A stretch of 64,000 bases of DNA from an uncultured Alphaproteobacteria bacterium (GCA_963807015.1 CAWEAS010000013.1:175897-239896), one strand, 5' to 3'; positions 30,036 to 39,762 are shown, numbered from the stretch's first letter. Notes: generated by a model not told the origin, from the letters alone. Numbers and translations are program-made.

Positions 30036-31077
30036 CTAACGCACCGCGTTTCCAAATATTATTATGTCGTCAGGATCGCTCCAAATATCGGCACTCACCT
30101 TATCGAACAACCCGGTTGTAAACTTCTGAACCGGGAGATCAGAATAGAACATTGGCGACGTTAGATCGATCCCGGACATGATGTCGATGCCGAACTGTCT
30201 TCGGGCGTATTCGACGGTGCGCAAGAGGTCTTCTATAGGACTCGATCGCTTTGTTTCATCAATTTGGAAGTCTCTGACCTCGGGTGGATCGAGCCTGAGG
30301 TGTTGCATAATTACTCGCATCTCAGCGGACCATGCTTTCAAATACCTCTGCTCGAACGCTAAACGTCTTGCGAAGTCAAGGAAGAAGCGGCCCTTAAGTG
30401 TCGGAACTCGGATCATCGAGTGCTCAACTGAGGCAATAAAACCCACTCCCGCAAGCATAGCCATGGCTTCCCGAAGCGGAGAGCCCTTTGAGCCAACCTC
30501 CTTTTCAAATGAAGGGCCATGATAGCATCCTGACGTAGCCACGACTTGCAAAGCGGCCATTTTTAATCCCAGTACCCCCCCCATGATTCGCAAATGTTGT
30601 TACATCAGAATGGGAGAGCTTGCCGAATACAACACCAAAAAGAAGGTCTGACGAAACTTCATTAAATATGTACGCATTCATCCAGTTTCTTTGCTCGACC
30701 GCGTCCACATCGAAACTTTCGGGGATGGGGATGATCCTTAGCCCTCGCAAAAGAGATCGGGTTGTCGAGTTGTCGCGGTACGTGCGAAGAACTTCGTCAA
30801 TTTTTGCCCGATTCCGAATGCGATCACGGACGAAATACAATTTAAGTGATGATTCGGCATCGAACAGAAGGGTGCGCAGGTCTTTCTCGATCCCTTCTTC
30901 ATGGCCCCAAAGAACCTGTGAAACCAGCGGTCGACTAGCGTCGCGAAGAATTACGCACCCGTAATCGAAAGTTCGCCGCTCGGCCTCTCTTAGTCCAAGC
31001 AAGCGTGTGCCGGAGAACCTTTGTAAGGCCCCATCTAGCGATTCTGAAATAAATTTATGTTCAGCACTGTCTACCAC
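30036..31077 (-). CDS. Hypothetical protein in the low-GC island, split into two overlapping ORFs (30505-31077 and 30036-30593) at a poly-G(8) tract
   Basis: With 7 rather than 8 G's at 30575-30582 the frames fuse to about 350 aa (...TTFANHGG|VLGLKMAALQ...). The two ORFs overlap by 89 nt, and no independent RBS is placed for the downstream one. Confidence 0.55.
30575..30582. repeat. Homopolymeric C8/G8 simple sequence repeat at the frameshift site
   Basis: Eight consecutive C's on the plus strand lie exactly where the two island ORFs change frame. Confidence 0.9.
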
Positions 31078-31180
31078 CGGACTGGCCCTCCGGGTGCCAG
31101 TTTCATTTCCTTCCGTAACTACGTATAGGCGACCCGCCTAGACCGAGTCGATAAGAGCCACGTTTGGTATCAGGCCGTCC

Positions 31181-31942
31181 CTACCGCGCGACGGGGTCCA
31201 TGCCGCTTTTCCGAATAGCCTCGGACGCATGCGGCGAAGCCAGAAACGCGATCAGTCGTTTGGCGCCTTCAGTGTTGCCCGAGCCGGCGACGACGGCGGC
31301 TGAAAACGTCTGAACGAACTGGATCTCCGGGGCGATGTTGCCGGCGAATTCGACGCCTGATGCGTGCAAAATTTCGCTGACCGGCATGACCGCAAGATCG
31401 GCAGTTCCAGCGGCGACCATGTCGGTGGCGTCGCTGCCGCGCGCCGCCGGCTTCGCGTTGACTTTGTCCGCGATGCCGAGCCGCGGGAAAAGATCTTTCA
31501 TCAGCCAGATGCCGCTCGTGCTTGCGGGCATCGCCACGGTCTTGGCCTTGACCATGAGTTGCTTGAAGGCCTCGACGGTGCTCACGTCGGGCTTAGCAGT
31601 GCCCGCCCGGACGGCGATGCCGAGGGGTACGCGCGCCAGATCCATGTCCGTGCCGGCAGCGATCCGCTTCTCGGCGATCAGGTCATTGAGGCCCTCGCGC
31701 GAGAGGATCACGACGTCGGCGGCCGCACCGCCGGCGAGCTTCGCAGCAATGGTTTGCGGCCCCGATCCCTGCGACGCACCTGATCCGGTCGTGACCTTGA
31801 GGCCGCTCGCCCGCTCGAACTCCGGCAAAAGCTGTTCGTACGCGCCACCAAATCCGCCCGACATCAGAACGTTCACCTGCGCCGAGGCCGAAACCGGCGA
31901 AAGCAGCAGCACGGCCAAGACGACGAATGAGAAACCCTTCAT
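31181..31942 (-). CDS. ModA-like periplasmic substrate-binding protein (molybdate/tungstate-type, PBP2 fold)
   Basis: A GAGGAGG RBS precedes ATG 31942. Signal peptide (MKGFSFVVLAVLLLSPVSASA); about 254 aa; C-terminus ...AKRLIAFLASPHASEAIRKSGMDPV. Confidence 0.7.
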   Translation of the reverse strand: MKGFSFVVLAVLLLSPVSASAQVNVLMSGGFGGAYEQLLPEFERASGLKVTTGSGASQGSGPQTIAAKLAGGAAADVVILSREGLNDLIAEKRIAAGTDMDLARVPLGIAVRAGTAKPDVSTVEAFKQLMVKAKTVAMPASTSGIWLMKDLFPRLGIADKVNAKPAARGSDATDMVAAGTADLAVMPVSEILHASGVEFAGNIAPEIQFVQTFSAAVVAGSGNTEGAKRLIAFLASPHASEAIRKSGMDPVAR

Positions 31943-32010
31943 GATTGCCTCCTCGCGGGCCTGCTCCCGCGCTCCCAGCGTGTGAACGACGGTGGATCGC
32001 GTCCGGTCCT

Positions 32011-32821
32011 CTACTTGGCTGCGGGCGGCGCGAGGGCGACGACGGCTTCGGTCGTCAGCAACAGAAATGTCAGCGTCTCCTGCAGGTAGAGGCGCACAAC
32101 GCTGTCGGTGTGGCTGAGATAGCCGATCGAGACGTCCTGGCCGACATGCAGATCGAAATCGCCGCCGCGGGTGGTAAGCACGAAGCCGCCGGTGATGGCA
32201 GGAGTTCCAGATGATCTCGTCTTTGACGAGCTTCTTGACGTGTTCCAGCACCGGGTAACCGTTGTCGCTGACCTCGGCGAGCGCCGTATAGGCATCGGCA
32301 CCGAGCAGGACCGAATATGGCCCGTTGACCCCGACGAGACGCAGCTGGCTCAAAGCCTTTGCAATGGCGTCAGGGTACTGACGCACGTCGGCCGGGAGCG
32401 TGATCGGCGGATTGCTCGTCCCTTGGCGCAGGCCGACAATACTCGCCGCGGAGTACCCCTCGAAAATCGCCCGGTCCTCGGCATAAGCGATCTTCTGCGC
32501 GGCGTCCTTCGCAGGTTGCCAATCGGAATCGTCTGCGCCGCGTTCCACGTCGTCGATCTGCTGGCGATCGAGTTCGAACGGGACCCGAAACTCCACCAGC
32601 GCCTTGACCTCACGCTGCCGCGCAAGAATCCCGTCGCCGGGCGCTGTAATCGTCTTGAGGTGGCCGGTCCCGACGGCGGAAAGGCCGACGCCGCCGGCGC
32701 CATGCACGTCGACCACGCGCCGCCCGGCGAGATAGCGCTTGAGCGTGCGCGTCGTCTCCTCCTCGATGTCCGCCCACGCCGCGTCGGAGATCGGGGCAAG
32801 CTCGCGATGAAGATTATTCAT
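32011..32821 (-). CDS. Family 1 encapsulin shell protein (linocin M18-like), interrupted by a +1 frameshift near 32205
   Basis: The hallmark N-terminus MNNLHRELAPISDAAWADIEEE is present. The C-terminal third (GGFVLTTRGGDFDLHVGQDVSIGY...) lies in another frame (ORF 32011-32301). An extra A sits in TGGAaCTCC. The ATG overlaps the dyp stop (CATGAATAA). Confidence 0.85.
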
Positions 32822-33887
32822 GCCGGTTTTCTCCTTTGAGGGAACCGATGCCCAGCGAACCATCCGACGCTGCTGTCGCGGATGGTGCAGGCTCGGCCAC
32901 CGATGCTGCGGCGGGCGTCGCAACGGCATCGTCGTCGTTGACGGATTCCAAGAATGACGCGGATGGCACAAAGAACAAGGTACCGGTCACCGCGCGGCTG
33001 AAGTCAAGCAGCCGGTCGTAATTGCCGGGCGGCCGCCCGACGAACATGTTCTCGATCATCTGCTCGGTCACCCGGGGCGTGCGGCAATAACCGATGAAAT
33101 ACGTGCCGAACTCGCCCGCGACCGCATTCCCGAAGGGCATGTTGTCGCGCAGAATCTTGACCTCTTTGCCGTCCTCAGTGATCGTCGTCAGCGCGTTGTG
33201 GGCCGAGGTCGGCTTTATCTTGTCGTCGAGTTCGATGTCGGACAGCTTGGTGCGGCCGATGATGCGTTCCTGCATCTCGGTCGACAGCGCGTTCCAGCCG
33301 TCCATGTCATGCAGATATTTCTGCACGATCACGTAGCTGCCTCCGGCAAATGCAGGGTCCTCATCGCCGATGATCGCGGCCTCGGCCACGGCCCCTCCGC
33401 GCGGATTCTCGGTGCCATCGACGAACCCCAAGAGGTCGCGCTCGTCGAAGTAACGAAAGCCATGAACCTCGTCGACCGCCGACACCGCGTCACCGAGGCT
33501 CTCCATGATCCTGGTCGCGAGTTCGAAGCAGAGATCCATGTGTTTCGCGCGGATATGGAATAGCAGATCGCCAGGCGAGGAGACCGCGTGGCGGGATCCC
33601 GCCCTGATCTCGCGGAAAGGATGCAGCTCGGCCGGCCGCGGGTCGCCGAACAGGCGGTCCCAGGCGTCGGAACCGATCCCCATCACGCAGGTGAGACCGG
33701 CTTCCAGGTTACGAAATTCCACCGCACGGAATAAAGCAGGGAGGTCGCCACAGAACGATCGAACCGTCGTGCAATTGTCGGGGCCTGGGTTGATCGTCAC
33801 CACGAGAAAAATCGCCGCCCGGGTCAGCGGCGCTGCGACCGGCTGCGAAACAATCAAGCCATCGATGCCCGCTTTGGCGGCAGTCAT
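32814..33887 (-). CDS. Dye-decolorizing (DyP-type) peroxidase with a C-terminal encapsulin targeting peptide
   Basis: DyP motifs (GFVDGTENP; the distal Arg region). The C-terminal tail ...DGSLGIGSLKGENRHE matches the encapsulin cargo-loading consensus (SLGIGSLK). Confidence 0.9.
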   Translation of the reverse strand: MTAAKAGIDGLIVSQPVAAPLTRAAIFLVVTINPGPDNCTTVRSFCGDLPALFRAVEFRNLEAGLTCVMGIGSDAWDRLFGDPRPAELHPFREIRAGSRHAVSSPGDLLFHIRAKHMDLCFELATRIMESLGDAVSAVDEVHGFRYFDERDLLGFVDGTENPRGGAVAEAAIIGDEDPAFAGGSYVIVQKYLHDMDGWNALSTEMQERIIGRTKLSDIELDDKIKPTSAHNALTTITEDGKEVKILRDNMPFGNAVAGEFGTYFIGYCRTPRVTEQMIENMFVGRPPGNYDRLLDFSRAVTGTLFFVPSASFLESVNDDDAVATPAAASVAEPAPSATAASDGSLGIGSLKGENRHE

Positions 33888-34126
33888 TAAGGGAGCACTC
33901 GTTGGGCGACATCAGGGAGCGACGTCAGGGGTGAGCTTGATAAGTCCACATTGCCCTGCTCATCAAGAGATAGCAAAGGCCAGTCTTGTCTGAAATTGAC
34001 ACAAAGTGATCCCGCAGCAGAGGCAGTTTGTCCGCCGCGCGGTGTCGCGTCGCCTGTGCCTTGCGGAGCGGCCCTATCGCGAAGTCCGTTCGCTCGCTCC
34101 GCGATGTGTGAGGCCGGACAGCAGAG

Positions 34127-34552
34127 CTATGGCTGCTTGGTCAACACCGTGCAGGACGCGACGCGCGTAACCGGCGACTGCAACATATAACAGAGTTCCA
34201 ACCGGTTTGGCGCGAGCAGCGTTCCGATGCTGTATCCGTCGTCGTCCACCAGATAGATCGGACCGGTGTGCGATATCACGGCGATGACTTTGTCATTGCC
34301 GCGCGTCGACGAAAACGTGCCGGAGAAACGCCGGCCATCCTGCTTGTCGACTGTCAGCGTGAACGCCACGCTGTTCAACCGCGGCTCGGCCCCTGCCGTG
34401 GCGGCAGCGTGATGAGGGTTGCCGGTACCCAGGATGATCGTTTCACTGTCGCCTTTCCACGTGCCGCGCAGGTCGGGAACGGCGGTTTGTGCCATCGCCG
34501 AAGTCGCAACCGTCAACGTCGTAAGTGTCACCATCCAAGCAAGTTTCGACAT
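34127..34552 (-). CDS. Secreted hypothetical protein
   Basis: Signal peptide (MVTLTTLTVATSAMA); 141 aa; no recognisable motif. Confidence 0.5.
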   Translation of the reverse strand: MSKLAWMVTLTTLTVATSAMAQTAVPDLRGTWKGDSETIILGTGNPHHAAATAGAEPRLNSVAFTLTVDKQDGRRFSGTFSSTRGNDKVIAVISHTGPIYLVDDDGYSIGTLLAPNRLELCYMLQSPVTRVASCTVLTKQP

Positions 34553-34904
34553 GGTTGGCTCCTTTTGCAGGTAGAACGCTCGATAGTCGCGAAGTCACTG
34601 CAAATCAGCGCATAGTCGCCGATGGTCCCGGCGACCTGAGCGATATAACACTCGTACGTGTTGCTTTTACTTCGGTTGTTGGTGCTTTCCTATTCCCGCA
34701 ACCGGGCTTGACCCCCTCCCCCGATTTTTTCGTAAACATTTTGTGTCCGCGGCTCTGATAAGTCGAAGCGCCTCGCAATCTATGAGATACCTGGGCGCGG
34801 CATTTTCGATACCCGCTCGCGTTGTGGCTGGGACGAGGATCGCAGCCTTCGCGACCACTTTCGGATGCCGGCAAAATCAGCCAATGTAGTCCGATGGCAA
34901 AGCT

Positions 34905-34926
34905 GCAATCGCAAAGACGCGATTGC
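34905..34926. promoter_or_regulatory. Inverted repeat GCAATCGC-n6-GCGATTGC, about 20 bp upstream of the esterase start
   Basis: Perfect 8-bp arms; an operator-like site. Confidence 0.3.
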
Positions 34927-34946
34927 GCATCGTAGGGAGGACGTCA

Positions 34947-36566
34947 ATGACAGCGGCGCGCATCTTGTTGTGTTTGATGATCGGCTTTGCAGCGTCGATG
35001 CCTGCTCAAGCCGATCCGATCCGCACCACCGGCGGCCTCGTCTCCGGCGTCGCCGTCGGCGGCGGCGTGCAGGCCTACAAGGGCATCCCCTTCGCAAAGC
35101 CGCCGGTCGGCGACCTGCGATGGCGTGCGCCGCAACCGGCGACGCCATGGAGCGGGACGCTTGTTGCCGACAAGTATCGCGACGTGTGCGTGCAACGCCC
35201 GCCGCTCGGCGGCAATTCGATCTTTACGGAAATCTTCTTCACCCCCATCGCGCCGCAAAGCGAGGACTGCCTCCATCTCAACATATGGACGGCCGCAGCG
35301 CCCGGCGAAAAGCGGCCGGTCATGGTTTGGGTTCACGGCGGCGGCTTCGTCGGCGGGTCGGCGGCAGCGGAAATTTATGACGGCGCCGATCTCGCCAAAA
35401 AGGGCGTCGTGATGGTGTCGTTCAACTACCGGGTCTGGAAGTTCGGCTTCCTTGCCCTGCCGGAGCTCTCGAAAGAGTCCGAGCATCACGCGTCCGGCAA
35501 CTACGGTCTGCTCGATCAGGTCGCGGCGCTGCAATGGGTGAAGGAGAACATCGCGGCGTTCGGCGGCGATCCCGACAACGTCACGATCTTCGGCCAGTCC
35601 GCGGGGGCCGCGGCCACGAATTTCCTCATGGCGACGCCCCTGGCGAAGGGACTGTTCCATCGGGTCATCGGCGAGAGCGGCGGCGCGTTTGCACCGCCGG
35701 TTGGGCGATCGTTGGTACTGCGCAGCCTCTTCATCTCGTATCAGCTGGACCTTCGCGATGCGGAGGCTGAAGGATCGAAGCTCATGGCAGCCCTCAATGC
35801 AAAGAGCCTCGCCGAACTGCGGCAAAAAACGCCCGAGCAGATTCTCGCGATCCCGTCTGCCTACCGCTTCGAGTCGTCGATCCCGATCAAGGACGGCTAT
35901 GTGCTGCCGGCGACGACGGAGGAGATTTTTGCGAGCCACAAGTACATCGACGTGCCCTCTCTGATCGGCTCGAACTCCGATGAAGGTTCGAACTTCCCGA
36001 CCATGAAGACGCTCGCGGCGTTCCGCGAGGATGCGCACAAGACCTTCGGGCCGCTTGCCGACGAATTCTTGAAAGCCTACCCGGCAAACGATGACGACCA
36101 GGCCGCCCGCGCGAGCGCAGCGTCCGTTCGCGACATGCGTCTCTATTGGCCGAGCATGCAGTGGGCCGAGGCGCAAGCCCGCACGGGACAGTCGAAGGTC
36201 TTCTATTATTACTTCGCCTATCACCCGCCGGCGCCCGCCAACGAGGTCTACGTCGAAAACCTCGGCAAGAACCTCGGCGCCTACCACGGCGCGGAACTCG
36301 CTTACGTGTTCGGCAACTACATTCCACACAAATTTACGTGGACCGATGCGGACCGCGGGCTCACGCGCAAAGTCTCGCAGTACTGGATCAATTTCGCCAA
36401 GACTGGCGATCCGAACGGACCGGGGCTGCCGCAGTGGCCAGCCTTCAATCCGCGTACGAACTCGGTCCTCTACATCGACAAGACAATCACGACGGGACCC
36501 ATTCCGAACCAGAAGAACTACGACCTGTGGAATTCCTTCGCCGCGAAATGGAAGGCGCAGAACTAA
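34947..36566 (+). CDS. Carboxylesterase/lipase family protein (type B carboxylesterase)
   Basis: Signal peptide; oxyanion-hole motif HGGGF; nucleophile elbow GQSAGA; about 540 aa. Confidence 0.85.
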   Translation: MTAARILLCLMIGFAASMPAQADPIRTTGGLVSGVAVGGGVQAYKGIPFAKPPVGDLRWRAPQPATPWSGTLVADKYRDVCVQRPPLGGNSIFTEIFFTPIAPQSEDCLHLNIWTAAAPGEKRPVMVWVHGGGFVGGSAAAEIYDGADLAKKGVVMVSFNYRVWKFGFLALPELSKESEHHASGNYGLLDQVAALQWVKENIAAFGGDPDNVTIFGQSAGAAATNFLMATPLAKGLFHRVIGESGGAFAPPVGRSLVLRSLFISYQLDLRDAEAEGSKLMAALNAKSLAELRQKTPEQILAIPSAYRFESSIPIKDGYVLPATTEEIFASHKYIDVPSLIGSNSDEGSNFPTMKTLAAFREDAHKTFGPLADEFLKAYPANDDDQAARASAASVRDMRLYWPSMQWAEAQARTGQSKVFYYYFAYHPPAPANEVYVENLGKNLGAYHGAELAYVFGNYIPHKFTWTDADRGLTRKVSQYWINFAKTGDPNGPGLPQWPAFNPRTNSVLYIDKTITTGPIPNQKNYDLWNSFAAKWKAQN

Positions 36567-36580
36567 GCGAAGCGTTTAGT

Positions 36581-36611
36581 GAAGCGGCCGGCCGTCACCG
36601 CCGGCCGCTTC
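36581..36611. terminator. GC-rich hairpin between convergent genes (bidirectional terminator candidate)
   Basis: The hairpin GAAGCGGCCGG-ccgtcaccg-CCGGCCGCTTC lies between the esterase stop and the TPR-sulfotransferase stop. Confidence 0.5.
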
Positions 36612-36616
36612 GGTTC

Positions 36617-38929
36617 TCAGCCGTCGGATAGGCTGGAGGGCGTGCTCGCCCGGTCGTTCGGACGGCCTATTTCCGCGAGCAACGTTCCAAGAAAAGCTTC
36701 ATGCTTACGCCAGCGGCCGATTGAGCGGTCGTAGATCGGCTGCCGCACCTGGGTCGCACTTGCCGTGCGGACGGGCCGTTCCGTTTGATAGAACGCGAGG
36801 CAGCGCGGGTCCCACTCAAGGCCGCAGTGAGCAACGATGCGGCGCGCCTGACCTTCGAGGTCGGCGACCACATCCTCGTATCGGACATCGAGAATGCGGC
36901 CCGCCGGCAACACGTTGTGCCAGTGCGCCATGAGCGCCCGGTAATGCCGATAATATCTTCCCAGCTCCGCGAGATCGCAGGTGTAATTGAGTTCGGCGAT
37001 GAAGAGCTTGGAGAAGCAGGAGAGGCACGTGTCGAGCGGATCGCGGACGGTGTGGATGATCGTCGCGTTCGGTAGCGCGAGGTGAATGAGCCCGGCGAAC
37101 TGGAAATTGCTCGGCATCTTATCGGTGATGCGCGCGGCATCCGGCGCAAGGCGCGCGAGATCCGCAAGGTAGCGCGTTCCGAGGCCTTGAAGGTCCGCGT
37201 CGGTCGTTCCCGCAACGAATTGCGCGACCGTAGTTGCGTCATGGCGCGAAGCGCGCAGGCCGTTCACGGCGGCCGCGAAATACGGCAACTCGCCGCCGCC
37301 GACGACTTGCGGGTGGCTTGCCAGAATCTGCTCGACAAGGGTCGTGCCTGACCGCGGCATGCCGATAATGAAAATCGGAAGTGCAGACGACGGCGCGCCC
37401 GTTTGCGGCGACCGGATCAGGTCCGGCGTGAACGCCGCTTCCATCTGCTTGAGCGACGAGAGCGTCGCCTCCTCGTCGTAGATGATTTGGCCGCGCTTGA
37501 GCGCATTACCCTCCAGCCATTGACGGAACGCGTCGGCATGGCGACCGAGATCATCGTAGGCTTTTCCCAATCCAAAATGCAGTTCGATCCGATCTTCGAC
37601 GCTGAGCGACGCGCTGTCTGCAGCCAGCCGCTCAAGTCCGGCAAGACGCGAGTCGTTTTCTTCGAAACGGGCAATCTCACTCAGGTTGCGATGGTACTTC
37701 GGGTTAGCCGGCGCGAGACGGACCGCTTCCTCCAAAGCGGCTTTTGCTTCCGACAATCTGCCGATTGCGCGCAGCGCGAGGCCGAGGTTGTTGTAGGTCT
37801 CGACAAAGTTCGGTTTCAGGGCGGTTGCCCGGCAAAACGCCTCAATCGCCTCCTCGGTCTTGTTGGCCTCGAGCAGCGCCCGGCCTAGGTCGGCATAAGC
37901 GTCCGCGTAGTCGGGCCGGATGCGGATCGCCGCGTGATGGGCGGCGATGGCGTCGTCAAATCGGCCCTGCGTGCGAAACACCATGCCGAGATTGGAGTGA
38001 GCTTCCACATGGTCGGGCGCCAGACGGATCGCTTGGTCGCAGGCGGCGGCCGCCTCATCGAGCTTGCCCTGCGCGAGGAGCGCCAGGCCGAGATTGGAAT
38101 ACGCGTCCGCGTAGCTCGGTCTTAAGCGGATGGCCGCGCGGTGTGCCGCGACCGCGTCATCGAGTTTGCCCTGGGTGCACAGCAGCGTCCCGAGACTGGT
38201 TTGCGCCTCGGCATGGCCCGGATTGATGCGGATCGCCTGACGACACCCGGCAACCGCGTCCTCCAGGTTGCCCTGCCGGTGCAGCGCGTGTGCAAGATTG
38301 AAGTGCGCCTGCGCCGACTGAGGATCGATGTGCACCGCTTGCCGGAACGCCGCAACGGCCTCATCGAATTTGTCCTGATCGCAGAGCAACACTCCGAGAT
38401 TGGTAAAAGCCTCGGCGTAGTCCGGCCGAAGCGTGATGGCTTCCCGGCAGGCCGCGAGCGCCTCGTCGAGTTTCCCCGCATCGCGCAGAAGCGCACTCAG
38501 ATTGATGTGAGCGTCCGCAAGATCGGGCTTGAGCGAAATCGCTTGGCGAAGCGCTGCAAGCGCGTCGTCGAACCGCCCCTGCGCTTTGAGAACCGCGCCG
38601 AGATCGGAGTAGAACCCGGCGTTTTGCGGATGCCCAGCGATGGCGCGCCGGATCAAATCAGCGGCCGCATCGTGACGGCCTACCTGATGTGCAATCAGCC
38701 CCAGGAGGTGCAAGGCATCGGCGTGATCGGGCTGAAGGGCCAGCGTTTGCCGGTAACAGGATTCCGCCTGCGCCAACTCTCCGGCGCGATGGTGGACAAG
38801 GCCCCGACGCAGGATTTCCGCTGCCTTGAGCGAGTCGATTGACTGCCGGGCGTCGGCGTTGGCCCCACCTTGTTGTCGGTCCATACCGATAACAGTACCG
38901 CAACAGCGTTGCTGACGCGAAGCGCACAA
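36617..38929 (-). CDS. TPR-repeat protein with a C-terminal sulfotransferase domain
   Basis: About 12 TPR units in the N-terminal 430 aa, then a PAPS-binding 5'-PSB motif (GMPRSGTTL) and a sulfotransferase-like region. Confidence 0.8.
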   Translation of the reverse strand: MCASRQQRCCGTVIGMDRQQGGANADARQSIDSLKAAEILRRGLVHHRAGELAQAESCYRQTLALQPDHADALHLLGLIAHQVGRHDAAADLIRRAIAGHPQNAGFYSDLGAVLKAQGRFDDALAALRQAISLKPDLADAHINLSALLRDAGKLDEALAACREAITLRPDYAEAFTNLGVLLCDQDKFDEAVAAFRQAVHIDPQSAQAHFNLAHALHRQGNLEDAVAGCRQAIRINPGHAEAQTSLGTLLCTQGKLDDAVAAHRAAIRLRPSYADAYSNLGLALLAQGKLDEAAAACDQAIRLAPDHVEAHSNLGMVFRTQGRFDDAIAAHHAAIRIRPDYADAYADLGRALLEANKTEEAIEAFCRATALKPNFVETYNNLGLALRAIGRLSEAKAALEEAVRLAPANPKYHRNLSEIARFEENDSRLAGLERLAADSASLSVEDRIELHFGLGKAYDDLGRHADAFRQWLEGNALKRGQIIYDEEATLSSLKQMEAAFTPDLIRSPQTGAPSSALPIFIIGMPRSGTTLVEQILASHPQVVGGGELPYFAAAVNGLRASRHDATTVAQFVAGTTDADLQGLGTRYLADLARLAPDAARITDKMPSNFQFAGLIHLALPNATIIHTVRDPLDTCLSCFSKLFIAELNYTCDLAELGRYYRHYRALMAHWHNVLPAGRILDVRYEDVVADLEGQARRIVAHCGLEWDPRCLAFYQTERPVRTASATQVRQPIYDRSIGRWRKHEAFLGTLLAEIGRPNDRASTPSSLSDG

Positions 38930-38996
38930 ATCGATCCCGATGGCAAACGGAAAAGAACCAGCTCTTACCGGTTCTTCGCCTGCAAAAGATGCGTTC

Positions 38997-39692
38997 CTAC
39001 CAGCGGTCGAAAAGCGACGCCGGCATGAAGTGGTAGCTCACGCCGAGCTTGAGCTCGTTCACTTGCGTGCTGACGTTGGGGGTACCGAACGGCCCGAGGC
39101 CGACCGTGCTCGATCCGAAGTCGAGATAAGAATACTCGAGCTTACCCGACCAGGCCGGCGCGAACATGTATTCAATCCCTGCTCCCGCCATCCAGCCCTC
39201 GCGTGATGTTGTATTCGTCGCCGCGGGGATCGTTATGTCGGCATTCATCCAAGCGCCGCCCGCCTTGGCGTAGAGCAGCCATGGGCCCTGCGTGAAGCCA
39301 AGCCGGGCCGCCAGCGTGTCGTACCAATTGTAGTTCGACGTAAGTGCGCCACCGACGGGCCCGGTCAGGGTCGCGCTGCCGCTTGCCGCGGTCCAGCTGA
39401 ATTCAGCCTCGGCGCCAAGCAATATGTTGTCGGACTGCCAATTGTAGCCGACCTGAAAGCCGCCCACGAGACCGCTCGGATTCGTGGACAAGCCGGTCGT
39501 ACCGAAGCTTTCTTGGGAGAACGAGCCGCCCAAATGCCCGCCGAGATACAAACCACTCCAATTGAAGAGCGGCGCGTACACCGGAGGTGGCGGCGGGGCT
39601 CGCGCGATGATATCGGCAGCGGCGGCAGGCAAGCAAAACCCAATCGCGAGTACTGCTGCAGCGATTTTTGCCAAACTGAATTTGCGCCCCAT
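38997..39692 (-). CDS. Outer-membrane beta-barrel protein (Omp25/RopB/OmpA-like TM domain family)
   Basis: Signal peptide; alternating hydrophobic beta-strands; a C-terminal aromatic residue (…DRW) typical of OMPs. Confidence 0.75.
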   Translation of the reverse strand: MGRKFSLAKIAAAVLAIGFCLPAAAADIIARAPPPPPVYAPLFNWSGLYLGGHLGGSFSQESFGTTGLSTNPSGLVGGFQVGYNWQSDNILLGAEAEFSWTAASGSATLTGPVGGALTSNYNWYDTLAARLGFTQGPWLLYAKAGGAWMNADITIPAATNTTSREGWMAGAGIEYMFAPAWSGKLEYSYLDFGSSTVGLGPFGTPNVSTQVNELKLGVSYHFMPASLFDRW

Positions 39693-39762
39693 ACCGGTGC
39701 TCCTGCATCCCATTTGTCGACGTGCGTCGCTTGTATTCACCTGCGCTTAAAAGTGCGGCTCT

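Noticed and set aside
28790-31160. Prophage or integrative element interpretation of the low-GC island
   Set aside because: There is no integrase, transposase or tRNA, I found no flanking direct repeats, and only two cargo genes are present. It is better described as a small island of unknown insertion mechanism.
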